A DNA stretch of 64,000 bases. Source: Callorhinchus milii (taxonomy: Eukaryota). The notes beneath the pieces were generated by a model that saw only the letters and a program-made list of their open reading frames with translations, was not told the DNA's origin and made no database searches. The number at the start of each line of letters is the position of its first letter. The stretch's first letter is position 1. Shown here piece after piece: positions 13,549-25,973 of this stretch. A program made the position numbers and the translations under genes. The stretch is from assembly GCF_018977255.1 (NCBI RefSeq), contig NW_024704743.1, positions 52,454,001-52,518,000 of the forward strand, read 5' to 3'.

Positions 13549-13649
13549 GAGTTGATCGTTTCAGCAACGACATTGAGAAAATGATAGGCAAACGGCCTGG
13601 TTTGTACTGGAGGCTCTGCTGGAAGTTTGTCAGCCCTTGTTTTCTTCTG
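13549..13649 (+). CDS. SLC6A3: SLC6A3 exon (exon 12 eq.)
   Basis: cag|GAGTT...CTTCTG|gtgagt; [34 protein letters not shown]. Confidence 0.95.
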
Positions 13650-14547
13650 GTGAGTCCAGTACATTGTGGTTTTAAGAAAGTAAAAATTATGCTCGCTGTT
13701 AGTTTTACATCTTACACAGGTATTGTGCTGACAGGCTGGAGTTGCATTGTTTATATAGTGACTAAGTTAATACAGTGGAGCTGTAGTTGGCAGACCATAA
13801 ATTCCTAACCTGCCTTAAAACAAGTCCACAATGGCTAGTTTCACTGCGCATATGTGCAACCAACTGGTTCACTTCCGGCATGCTGGTTGGTTCTGCGCAC
13901 AGCACCAGGAGGTCATATCAGTGGCAACTAGATGACCCGGAAGTTGACCAATTTTATGTGAGGCCAGTGTGTAGGAAGAATTATAATAGAATTAGCTCTA
14001 TAATGAAACACATCACATCATGGATGCACTGCATTTATCTGCACTCTCATTGAACTGAAGACAGCTTCAATGAATACATTATGTTCCTAAATCTGGGTCC
14101 ACCTACTGTCACAGAAGTAGATGTGACATTATTTGAGTTAAACTGATATCCCATAAAGCTGCTCGAAAATGTCACAGTCAGCCATTGGGATCAACAATAG
14201 TGGCTTCATTGCCCGAGGCCATTCCTTTGGAATTGATGGAAAAATGCGATGTTTCGTAAGTTTTCTAACGTAGTCGATAACACATTTCGTAATTATCAAA
14301 TCTGCTATCAAACATCGCATTTGGCACCCCAATACAGTGAAGTCTTGTTGTATCATGGTGCTTGGGAGCTGTAAAGTCCCAACCTGGGTTGTAGTGAGGC
14401 ACAATAGCTAGCCAGTACCCTGTCTATATGCCAAGTGGCACAGCATTACAGCTGAATTCCATAGAGCTTGAGTGCAGGACAAGATTCAACACATTATTGT
14501 GATTGCAGCACTTAAACTGTGTTTTGTCTCTTTCTTTCTGCCTGAAG

Positions 14548-14715
14548 TTTGTCGTCATCGTCAGCATTTCGACATTTAAAGCCACAGAATATGACAATTA
14601 CATCTTCCCAGACTGGGCTAACACCACTGGATGGTGTATTGCTATATCCTCAATGGCAGCCGTACCCATTTATGCAGTGTACAAATGTGCCAGCCTGCGA
14701 GGATCCCTGCGTCAG
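14548..14715 (+). CDS. SLC6A3: SLC6A3 exon (exon 13 eq., TM12)
   Basis: aag|TTTGTC...CGTCAG|gtcagt; [56 protein letters not shown]. Confidence 0.93.
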
Positions 14716-15095
14716 GTCAGTGAGGTGTCAGCAAATAATTCTTATTTTCCTACTCTTTAAAAATATGTCTTTAGTTACCCTTGGAGAGGCCACATGGTCC
14801 AATTGGTTCAATGTTTCCCATCTCTGTATATCCTTCAATGGGCGCCTCACCAACACCTTGAGATATTCCTCTTGACATAAAAGGCGCTACATGAATGCAA
14901 TTTGTTGTTGTTGTCAGTGAAATTACCAACTAGTGGCACACACTTCTAATTAGGATTATTCTTCTTATTGATTTTCTCATTTTAAACCCTTGCTGTGGAG
15001 GAGGAATGAATTTACAAGATCACAAGACAAGTCTGGATGAAGGACTTTATTCAATACATTTGATCTCATCTTTTCAGAACACACTCTTCCTCTTA

Positions 15096-15412
15096 TAATA
15101 ATAATAATAATCCTTGCATTTGATATAGCGCTTTTCACGTCGGGCGGATGTCCCAAAGCACTTCACAGAACACACTGTAAAGTGAATTGACTGTATATAT
15201 TTGTGGCGAACGCGGCAGCCAATTGCGTACAGCAATGTCCCACAAACAGTCGTAGATTGAAAATGACCAATTTATTATTGTTTTTGGTTTTGGAGGGATT
15301 ATTATTAGGCGTGTGGAGTAAGGAAACTTGCCCAAGATTTCGCCCTGCCTGTTATTGAACTCAGGTCTCTCGCTTGCAAAGCGAGTGCTCTAACCACTGA
15401 GCTACAGGACTC
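15096..15412 (-). mobile_element. Full-length family A SINE
   Basis: Head GAGTCCTGTAGCTCAGTGGTTAGAGCACTCGC (A box), GAGTTCAA (B box), Deu-like core, (TTA)n tail; flanking tctta direct repeat. Confidence 0.9.
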
Positions 15413-16203
15413 TTAAATTAGTCCAGTGTATTAATCTTTATCACCCTAACCTGTTCCACTCCAGATTCTCTGAAAAGATACACTTCCTTATCTCTACCCT
15501 AAAATTGCCCACAACATCTCTGTACCTGTGCTCTCTTATCCTGCTATCTTGTCATACCTAAAGTATTGTTCTGGGTTTATTTTCTCAATCGCGTTTAGCA
15601 TTTTAAGACGTCACCATCATAAAGCACCAACGTAAAACTGATTCCATACCAGCTAAAATGTTATATTTCATCTAATGTAGCTTTGTAATGCTTATATACC
15701 ATTAAGGAGATTACATGAAGTTATTTTATATGTGTCAACCTAAATACATACACTTAGTGCTAGCGAAAATTATGAAGCGTGATAGGTTAATTAATACTGG
15801 TGCTGACACATTCTTTATTGCAATGATGAAAGTTCCATGTGAATAACTCTAGACATCGACTCATTCAAAGGTGTGATGTTCCTTTGAATCTATCACAATG
15901 GTTGGGACTGAATTTGGCTAATGGAGCCTATTGGACTTCACATTTACTTATCAAAAATTCGGACTGAAGCTGGCCTGCAACTAACCAGCAGTCAAATACA
16001 TTCCGCTGGCCCAGCCATGATGAACTCAGGCAGTGGGGTCACACTGCCCTTACAATAATTCATGAAGACATTTTAGAAATGTATCTATTACTTTTTTAAC
16101 CAGACCTGAGATTATTTTAAAATCAATTGTTTTGCGATTGCTCATTGGAATCAGATACTTTTTTGATGGTAACACAGTAGCTGAGTATATTTTGTTCTTT
16201 CAG

Positions 16204-16275
16204 AGGTTAGCTTATGCAATTACGCCAGAGAAAGAGCATCAGCTCATCGAACGTGGAGAAGTTCGCCAATTTACC
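16204..16275 (+). CDS. SLC6A3: SLC6A3 exon (exon 14 eq.)
   Basis: cag|AGGTTA...TTTACC|gtgagt; RLAYAITPEKEHQLIERGEVRQFT. Confidence 0.94.
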
Positions 16276-17623
16276 GTGAGTAATTGTGCCACTGATGAAG
16301 GGAGCTCAGAGTAACTTGGATAAGGATTGTCTAGATCAGTGTATCTCAATGAACATTGAAAAGATCAGCACCAGTCCTGGCTGGTCCATACCAGAGTTGT
16401 CTTTAGATTGAGTGTCCTGATAACTACATTGGAGCCCATAGCTGGCACCTATTGGATATGCTGGGCCATTGATTGGAGTGCAGGTTAGCAGAATACCTGC
16501 TTAGCTCCACACAAAAATCAGAGTTAATCCGATATCCCTCAAGAAACTAGGATATTCTTAACCTCTTAGCATTCCCTATCTTTGATGAGAGTGATGACAG
16601 TGAGAGGAAGTTACAGCATTGACAAACAGAGGGAAACAGGCCTATTTTGCTCTAAACTGAACATTGAGAATGTCCTTTATACTCTGAAGCTCTTCCGCTG
16701 GGATATCCTATAGGCACCCCCTGTATAGAAGAGCAGGGAGTGTCCCATTCCAGGAAAGTCCCACTCTTCTTGGGTGGCTCCTTGTGTTGGGTCCCCATCC
16801 CTTTGGACTCCATGGCTACTCAGCCAATGGCATTTTATTGGATTACCAACATGCACACTAGTATTTCGTCCCACAGATACAATAGCACTGCACTATAAGG
16901 CTGCACTATTGGCCTCGTGACCCAGGTAGGCTTCTTTCTAAAGCCCATTGCCACTCAGCCTATGCTCTGATTGGGCCTTGCATGCAGACCCCATACATCT
17001 TGCAATTTTTTGCTATTTGTGTTGATGGAAGGCAGTGGTGCAGAATGAATACTCTTTAGGATTCCATTGTCATCATTTCCAGGTCAGGTTATGTAAAGCA
17101 CAACTAACATAGTGGACGTTATGCAAGCATTCCTTGGGAAAGTAACATTTATGAAGTCTGATCTGCTTTATGTTGTTATTTAATTATTGCAAAACTTCTA
17201 CAGAGGATCTTTTAGTGAAGTGTATTATTTCGAACATGTCTGTGACATGCAAATAGTCTTTGCTTACAGGAATCATGTGCTTCCCCCAAATCATATATAG
17301 GATTACTTTCCATATCACACCCTTCCGTGGTCAATAATTGGTTCTATTTATTAGTGGATGCTGTCTGAGAAAATAAAAACAACAATGAATTTTGTACTTA
17401 ACATTGCTAGTAATGAACTTGACTTAAGAGGTCATGGGACACCAGTAAAACTTCTAGGTTAATGTTAGCCAATTTAAAATAAGCTGTGGCATCTCACACC
17501 ATATTTGTCTCATGTTAATTAATTTAAACACTTCCACAGATCACAATATAGCAGATCAATGTAACATTTTTGGGGGGAGGGGAGATAAAAGCTTACTTTA
17601 TCTTTTGCATAATTGATCAACAG

Positions 17624-17647
17624 CTCCGACACTGGCTAATGGTGTGA
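17624..17647 (+). CDS. SLC6A3: SLC6A3 terminal coding exon (LRHWLMV*)
   Basis: caacag|CTC CGA CAC TGG CTA ATG GTG TGA; matches the human C-terminus LRHWLKV. Absent from the ORF track. Confidence 0.93.
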   Translation, partial: LRHWLMV

Positions 17648-20600
17648 AAATGTGGAATGAAAAGATTAAAAATGGAAGATATGGACAGAAAGGAGCCAAT
17701 GGTGGAAATATGGGCTGCAAGTGGAAGTACACAAGTATGTACACAAGTGGAACTACAAAGGAACTGTTCTGAAAGTTTTTTTTAAAAGGAAAACGTGAAA
17801 TTCTGTCTGTAATTGATGCTACTTGTACTCTGACTGAGGACATCTCTCCATTTCTTGCTTTGGCGCTGTAACTGTCAAAAGGAAATGGAAGATATTTCCA
17901 TTATCCATGGGCATATGTTGAATGAGCACTATCAGATCAAAGGTTTTAAAACAAACAGTGCCGAGTATTTTGCTTTTATACATTTAAATTACAACATCTT
18001 TGATGGGGAAGGGGAGATGAACATTGACTCTGGAATGAAAAACGTGGACAGTTCATTCATTCACACCATAAATTATCGATAAATGATTAAAAAGCCATTT
18101 CTTTCTATAGTTGCTTAACATTTGATATACATTCAAGCACTGTTGCTCTGACATGTTCGCAGTTTTGTTTCAAGAAATAAAGGATACATGGAGTATTTCA
18201 CCTTTGAATTAATTGTCCCGCAGCTTAATCTATTTGTGCACTTTAACTGTTTATAAAAATAGAACATCTTAAAATTATGTTTCATATTTTAGGATAAATA
18301 CTAAATTATCAGAAATTGAGAAAAAGAAAACAAATTAATATCAGCATTCCCCTTTATTATCTTAATCTGCAAAGCCACTTTAGGTAATTAAAAAGGACAA
18401 ATATTTAGAAATTGCAAGCATTCAGGATATTTTAAACACTGTCTTAGTGATACAATAAAAGGCCTTGAGAATGTTATCTCACCAGATATGAAGGCAGTCT
18501 GAGGCAGGCAACTCATCTTTTCACTATGAAATGGATGGATGAGTTTCCTGTATTAAATAAAATTGTCATTTTATCTGTGAAAGCACACTGAGCAATACTG
18601 CTAACTTTACAAATGTATTTATAGTACCTGAATATCTGTCAGAAGTTGTATAACAAGTGCACACTGTGACTGTAAGTTGCATTTGTTTTATCTGCTCTCT
18701 GGGATTTTTAGCCCAGTTCATCTTAAGAAGGTAATCCTTTGAGCAATACACTTATTATGCCAACCTAAACATAGCAAGTCTAACACCTCCAGGATAATTA
18801 CACATTAATGCTCAGAAAGGCACAGATTATGTTTTTCTCCTTTTTCCTGTATCTATCATTTCCAGGACTGGTCATGTCTATAACATTTGTGGATTTAATA
18901 TATGAGAAAATAAGAATATGTTTGAAAAAGTGCCAACCAAACACAATACGCAAAGGGTTAAATTTCGATATAAAGTCCACATTGGTGCTTTTGAGGCAGG
19001 ATAACAACAGCAAGTGTCAGTGAAGGAATGGCAATTTTGCACTGTTCTTATTTCTGTTTGTGTTGCTTTTGATCTCAGGAATTCAGTATATGCTGTGTAA
19101 CCCCTCCAAGCCGTGAAAGGGGATGTTATCTGACTGCACTGGCATATCTCGTCTGGTGCAAACACCAGGGTTCTTTTCTACTGCAGTGAAGTTAGTGTTT
19201 ATGTTACAGAATTTTTAAAAATGCTGCTTAGGTTTAAATAAACGCATGTTATTTGCTAATACACTAGGGAACTGCTTTGTTACACCCTGAAAATACATTT
19301 CAAATATAAAAGGAAACTGTGTCTGTTTTACTGACTTGATAGACTGTTACGGTAATATTCCAGTTAATTTGCCCAAATATCAATGTGTTATTTCAGTGAT
19401 TGGCTTCAATGATACTGTAAGGTTTCACACATAAGATATACAGTGAGTGACTGCAGGATGACCGTCAGCAAATCCTCTCTTTGCGAATTCATAGATGCGC
19501 AGTCCATTTTCAAATTCAAGAATGTATTAGACACATGACATTTTACATTTCCTTTGAGGTTCATTTCTATTCCCAGAATCTTTGACGTACAGATTCAGTT
19601 CAAATCAAATTCTATGTGTACATAATTCATCAAAAGCATGGCAAGTTAGCTATCCTTCATGAATAAAGTACATGATTCTCCCATTTCCAAAACGATACAG
19701 CAAAATTAAGTCATTGCCTTTTCTCAAAGAGGGTATACAACTTGCACAGCAAATATTGAAAAGTTCTTTTCTCTTTTAAAATTATATTATGGACTTAAAA
19801 TTCTATGTTTATTATAGAAATAATTGTTTCCCAAAACAATTAATAGATGTTTAATTTTGCTGTGTTGCATAATCTAAGAAGTCACAAAATAAGCATCTTA
19901 TTTATATTTGTCCATAGAACAGAAAAACTGAAGAATAATGCTTTTCAGTTGAGTAAGCAAGCAAATTCACCATTAAGTGTGCACTGCAAACGTTTAATGA
20001 TAGTGCCCACCCAAGAAGACTGTTGATGTGACACTGTGTTTATGTAATATAATACAAATTTCATTTGGTTTAACTTGTGAATTGTCCATATATTGGATTA
20101 ATTTTTTGTGCTGTATATCCTTTATCTGTTGGTCCAAAATGTATTGCAAATTTCAATGTCTTAATAACGCTTATTGTAAAAACAAATGCTGTCCTGTTTT
20201 GAGTTCCTGTATTTGATCTTAGTCATGAAAATTAAAGCTTTTGTCTAATTTTGCAACTAATAGAGATGGTAAATGTAACGACCAAAAATGAAGAAGAAAT
20301 TTCAAAATAAACATTTATGGTCTCAAAAGATCTACAGAATGTCATAATTATTTATGCAATTACTTCACGTGTTTTGGATATGCTTTTGATATAGACTTGT
20401 TTCTCACATTAACATTTGAAACAGAGTTGAAATGCTATGATTTTAATAGCAATGAGCTTTCTTGATGCAAATTATTATTGTGTTTAGAATCCTGCATTTG
20501 TGCTTTCATAGGCATGTTGTCATGGATCTGGGCTTCAAACTGCATAATGTATTGTTTTTCTCAATTTGTACTCGCACCATTTTAATCATTAGAATTCAGT

Positions 20601-22547
20601 CTACTGTACTGGCCTGAAATACCTGAGGATCATAGGTTAATCTTTGATCAGTGTTTAAACAGATTTCACTATTGCATTTATTAAACAATTTAAATTATTT
20701 GTATCAAAAATTACAATACATTTGATATAGCACCTATACATTCAAAACATCTCAAAGCGCATCATAGGTAGATAATGTAAAGTGAAGTGACTGTGTACTT
20801 AAAGGAAAATGCGACAGCCAATTTGCACACAGCAATGAATGATCAATTTTAATCTGAGGGATCATTGGTTTGGGGCATTTTTTCTTTTCAAATATTGTAA
20901 TGGCATTTTTAACATCCAACTGAACAGGCAGGCAGGGCTTCTGATGGGGTAACTCCACTCTCACTCTTGTGATATTCATTGCATTTCTGACTGCTGGACG
21001 AGCAGTCAGAAATGCAAACCAAGCACCAAGGTCTTTTGAAAGCACAATGAAGGCTTAATAGGACTGCTCCAAGTCATTGACACATTCATTCAGAGATGTA
21101 GTAGCATACACCATGTTTGGACACGAGCGATTAAAGTTATTGACCAAAGAGGCATGGTCAAGGAGATATGATTTTATAAGGTTTATGAAGGCAGCAAGTG
21201 ATGTAGCAAAATAAGTGGCTTTGAAAACTAGGTCCAGAAAACACGAACAGCTGAAGCCTTCAATGGTGGAGAAAAGAGAGCAATAAACGAGAGTTGGAAG
21301 AGGCTGAGGGCTGTAATATGGGGGTGCAGAAGGTTGCATAGGGAGAAGATCAGGATAAGGCCTGATGGAGGGATTTGAAAAATAAGTCAAGAATCCTAAA
21401 TTTGATCAGCAGAGACTCTGGAAGTTGTGGAGCTGGGGAGTAATGGGTGTACAGAGCTTGTGCTGGGAACGAATTCAAGCTCCAGACTTCTGGATCAATC
21501 AAGGTTTCTATAGAATGGAAGGTAAAGAGATCGGTGCGGAGAATCAATCTTTCAGGTGACAAAGGCATTGATCAGGGTTTTGGCAACAAGGATGAGGAGG
21601 AGGGTTGGTCAAAGGACTCCATTAATATCTCATAAAATTGTCCCTGACCAGAATGGTTGCACAGTCCAGAAAAGTGCAAGTTCAGATTTGTGACATTTTA
21701 AACCAGCAAATCCACAAAAAAACTATTGGCAGAACCCAGCATCACAATAGTTATGACTTTTTCAGAGAAATAAGAACAGATTTAGACTAGACATTTGAAA
21801 ATAAAAATCCAAGCACATTGACAACATTTGGTAAAGATTTTGACAACTGTAAATTGTGAGGGAGGAAAAGCACTTGTTGCTGAAAAAAGACAATTATCTC
21901 AATCCTTCGTACTGTTATTTTTGAATATTAAAGACCAGTGATTTGCACTGTGTGTCTGATCTGAGCTGAGAACAGACAAAAGCCTTGTTCCTTTATGGGT
22001 TTACATTGCAATACTGCACCTGCACCCCTCTTTGTTTAATATTAATAATGATGCCGGGCAAAAACGAAAACAATGAAGCTTTTACTAGAATACAGAGTGG
22101 GAAACAGCTGAGCACGGGAGGTTTGAGAACAGTGACCTGGGATCAAGCTTCTGTGTAGGGCAGACCTGGGGCTCAGGATGTCCTTCAGTATAAATCCACT
22201 GGTAACCTAGGAACAGGGCCACAAAAACACTTATGGAGCTGTACCATGACAGCACTGTAGGCAGCCAAGTGGAGCATAAGGGCAGGAGGTGGAGGAAGAG
22301 GTGGTAATCTTGTGAAAAAGGGTAAAGTCTGAAGCTGTTTAAAAATGCTATTTGTTAAGGGAGGCGTGAGGCAATGCAGTCATTCCGATATATTGTACCA
22401 TATGCACAGGTTTGTGCTGTGGCAAAATAAATTATCCTCTGTTATATGCACTGTATTAAAAATCTTAATGAATGCAGAGACATACGGTCACAGTTATGCA
22501 GCAACACAGAGTGTTAATTGCCATTAAAGTACTGTCTGACCCACCTA

Positions 22548-22861
22548 ATAATAATAATAATCCTTGCATTTTGATATAGCGCTTTTCACGTTGGGAGGAC
22601 GTCCCAAAGCGCTTCACAGAACACACTGTAAAGTGAATTGACTGTATATTTGTGGGCGAACGCGGCAGCCAATTGCGCACAGCAATGTCCCACAAACAGT
22701 CGTAGATTGAAAATGACCAATTTCTTATTGTTTTTTTTTTGGAGGGATTATTATTAGGCGTGTGGAGTAAGGAAACTTGCCCAAGGTTTCGCCCTGCCTT
22801 GAATTGAACTCAGGTCTCTCGCTTGCAAAGCGAGTGCTCTAACCACTGAGCTACAGGACTC
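22548..22861 (-). mobile_element. Full-length family A SINE with target-site duplication
   Basis: Near-identical to the 15096 copy; ccaccta at 22541-22547 and 22861-22867. Confidence 0.9.
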
Positions 22862-24475
22862 CACCTAGCAGTAAAGGGATAGTATTTTTTAACTGGCAAT
22901 ATGTTAATAGGATCTCTAGTATTATCAATCTAGTACAAGAATGCTTAAAAATGTCGATAGTTTAGGTTCATTAAGTTCAATGGGTTCAATTTTCATTGAC
23001 TTAAACTTTAATAAGATCATGTGCAATCTTGAAAAATAGTCTTAACTTCAGTCTTACTTTGGTGTGTCCTCCAAGTGCTGAGAGAACTAAGGAATATCAC
23101 TCTCCAAATTAATTTACTACTTTAAATGCTGAACAAACAAACAAACAAACAAATTGCATTTGTATAGTGGCTTTCACCTACCTATGAACATGAGAAATTT
23201 TGGTGCCAGAAACTTTTAAGATTTTTAACCCTTTATTGATGTTATTTATAATTAGTGCTTCCCTTTACTTCTTTTAAGATGCATCATACATCATTTCCAG
23301 CTAACCAATGAATTAAATAACACACTGCCTCTATCATTCTGTAACAGGCTTAAAATAGGTTCATATAGCAACCTGAGGGACCTTCCCTCCTCTATAGTGA
23401 AACATCAGTCAGCTTCATAACTATGATACGAGTGTTTGTTTCAACAGCATAGTGTGACATCTGAAAACTTTTAATGGGGATAAGGATTCACTTTTGTTAA
23501 CCTGCAAACCAAAACTCTAATGGGTAGGGTGGTCCTAGCTGGATAAACCGTTGGAAGCTTGTCAAACAGTACTCTCAATGGCAAGCTATAATAATCCTTG
23601 CATTTAATCTAGCGTCCTTGAGACATCTCAAAGCGCTTCACAGAATATACTGTAAAGTGAATTTACTGTACAATTTTAGGTGATTAATCTCCAGCAGCAG
23701 TCTGTCTGAACATGTGGAAACCTATCACTGTGCTTAACAGTATCCAAACCAGACTGCGAGTTCCACTTATGTATGCCACCTACACATGGAAATTGTTTCG
23801 CGCCTAGAATGGAATGCTCCCTCTCTCCCTAGAGGGATGTACCCTGCTTATGTAATTTTGTAAATTTTCACGTTTAGGTGGCATGTTTATGTGGACCTCT
23901 GTCTGTTTTGGATATACCTAGGCATAGTGATGGGCTTCCTCATGTATTGGATACCTGGCTGACCAAAATAAATCTGAAAACCTTTTCAAAACAAATATTG
24001 CTGGCCCAGGGAAATTGACATTTTCCTGCACCCACTGCCTGTCAATGATTAAAAAATCTGTAGCAAAATTAAGTTGCAAAGTCTGGACAGAAGGCATCAA
24101 TTTACAGTGCATGTTTTCACTTAGAATTCAATAAAGCAGGATTATGAGGTATGTGAACTGATAAGTACCAAATTATTAAATTTCCCACCGAATATTTCAC
24201 AGCTTGTGAGAATAAAAAGCTCTGAAAACTGTGAATACTAATAATCCAACAGCATCTAACAGCAATTTGTATTTGAACAGTGAAATGAGGCTTTTGTTTT
24301 AGTTATATTTACAGTAACAGGTATAATAGTTACGACTATTCTGACGACTATCCAACTCTGTTTTTGTGAAGCGCTCCAAGACATTAACTTGTAGGTTGGG
24401 CACTATATAAACACACATTTTTTTTGTCTAAAAGTATTTTCTTCCATCATTGCCTGTAGTGGCAAATTGTAATTA

Positions 24476-24720
24476 CAAAAGGCAAAATACTGCAGATGCT
24501 GGAAATTTGAAATAAAAACAGAAGTCGCTGGGAACATTCAGCAGGTCAGGTAGGGTCTATGGAGAGAGGAAAATGAGTTAACGATTCAGGTCGATAATCT
24601 TTCATCAGAACTCAATTCATGTCAGAACTCAGAACTCTAATGAAAGGTTATCGACCTGAAACGTTAACTCATTTTCCTCTCTCCATAGATGCTGCCTGAT
24701 CTGCTGCATGTTCCCAGCAA
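24476..24720. mobile_element. Palindromic pair of Penelope-like terminal repeats
   Basis: 24476-24613 is a reverse-complement homologue of 26681-26818; arms 24527-24608 and 24637-24718 are inverted copies of each other. Confidence 0.7.
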
Positions 24721-25973
24721 ATTCTATAACTACATTGCTGCCTGCCAGGAGCAAGTAACTGTGCTCCTCTTATTTACAGATTCAGAGTTGCATTAGGCAA
24801 GTTCATCTCATCAACTAATACTATATAATTTTAATAATTCAACGCTTAATTTACTCAGGCACCTTATGAACTTGTACAGAGCACTGAGCCAGCCCCACCT
24901 AGAATACTGCACAATGTGGTCTCTGTTTTACAATACTGTGCAAGCATCTAAACATTGGAAGCAGCACAGTGAGGGGCAACTAAATTGATACAATGATACA
25001 ACTAGCTAAAATTGGGCATTGAGTTATGAAGAAAAACTATCTAAGGAAGCTGGGAATGTTAACAAACAGTGGAGAAGAGAAGGCTAAGCAGAGATCTGAA
25101 TGAAGATTCAAAGTACTGCAAGGAAAAGATAAAATTAGCCTAATATATTGTATTTAACCTCATTGCAAATCCTACAATAAGGGAACACAGACGCAAACTC
25201 CGAAGAGGAAAGGTGAGCAGACCAGATTTAATTACTTTACACAGGAGTAAATGTGTGGAATAGACTACCGTTGCAATGGATGCAGAGCCTGTCAGCAAAT
25301 ACTGGGAGTAAGTCACTTCAATCCACGACTGTTTGTTGGACACTGTTGTGTGCAATTGGCTGCAGCTTTTCGCCCACAAAATATATACAGTCAATTCACT
25401 TTGCAGTATATTCTGTGAAGCGCTTCGAGAGTTCTCAAAGACTTGATAAGGCGCAATATCAAATGCAAGATTATTATTAACAAAGGGGTACAAGAGACAA
25501 CATAAACATTTTATTTTTACTTTGGGACAGACCAGATGGACTGCAAAGATCTTTTCTAATCTTGTGCATTATTATGTTCCTAAAACACTGCACTTTCAGA
25601 AATATTATTCCAGTAAAAATCATTGATTGCTTGGGGTCACCTCCGCTTTCTCCCCGGTCCAACATTCCTGCCCTTATTCAGCACTCCTTGACTCTATCCC
25701 GCATGAAAGGCACTATAAAAATCTAAGCTATTGTTTTTTGGTTTGGAAAATGTGGCTGACATTACTAACGTGATTCTTTAAATCAAAGATTCTGATCAAT
25801 GGTCGAGCAATACTGAATGTGCAACAACAGCAGCAAGTTCTTCCCAATGTGTTACTCTGCAATAAAAAGTGCTGCACACAGCTTACCAAACTATCTCATA
25901 CTTTTAACACAAGTCATTGGGAGTGCTGGGAAAGCAGATGTTTAGATGTTTATTTTCAAGAAATGCAGCTCTA

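Noticed and set aside
13790..13990. Paired ETS-like motifs (acttccgg / ccggaagt) in DAT intron 12
   Set aside because: Could be a decayed MITE or chance; no clear TIR/TSD or other support.
15340..15412. tRNA-Ala/Val-like sequences (also near 22.8, 28.7, 29.5, 34.5, 39.2 and 41.2 kb)
   Set aside because: They are SINE heads: no paired acceptor stem, variable anticodon loops, and most continue into SINE bodies.
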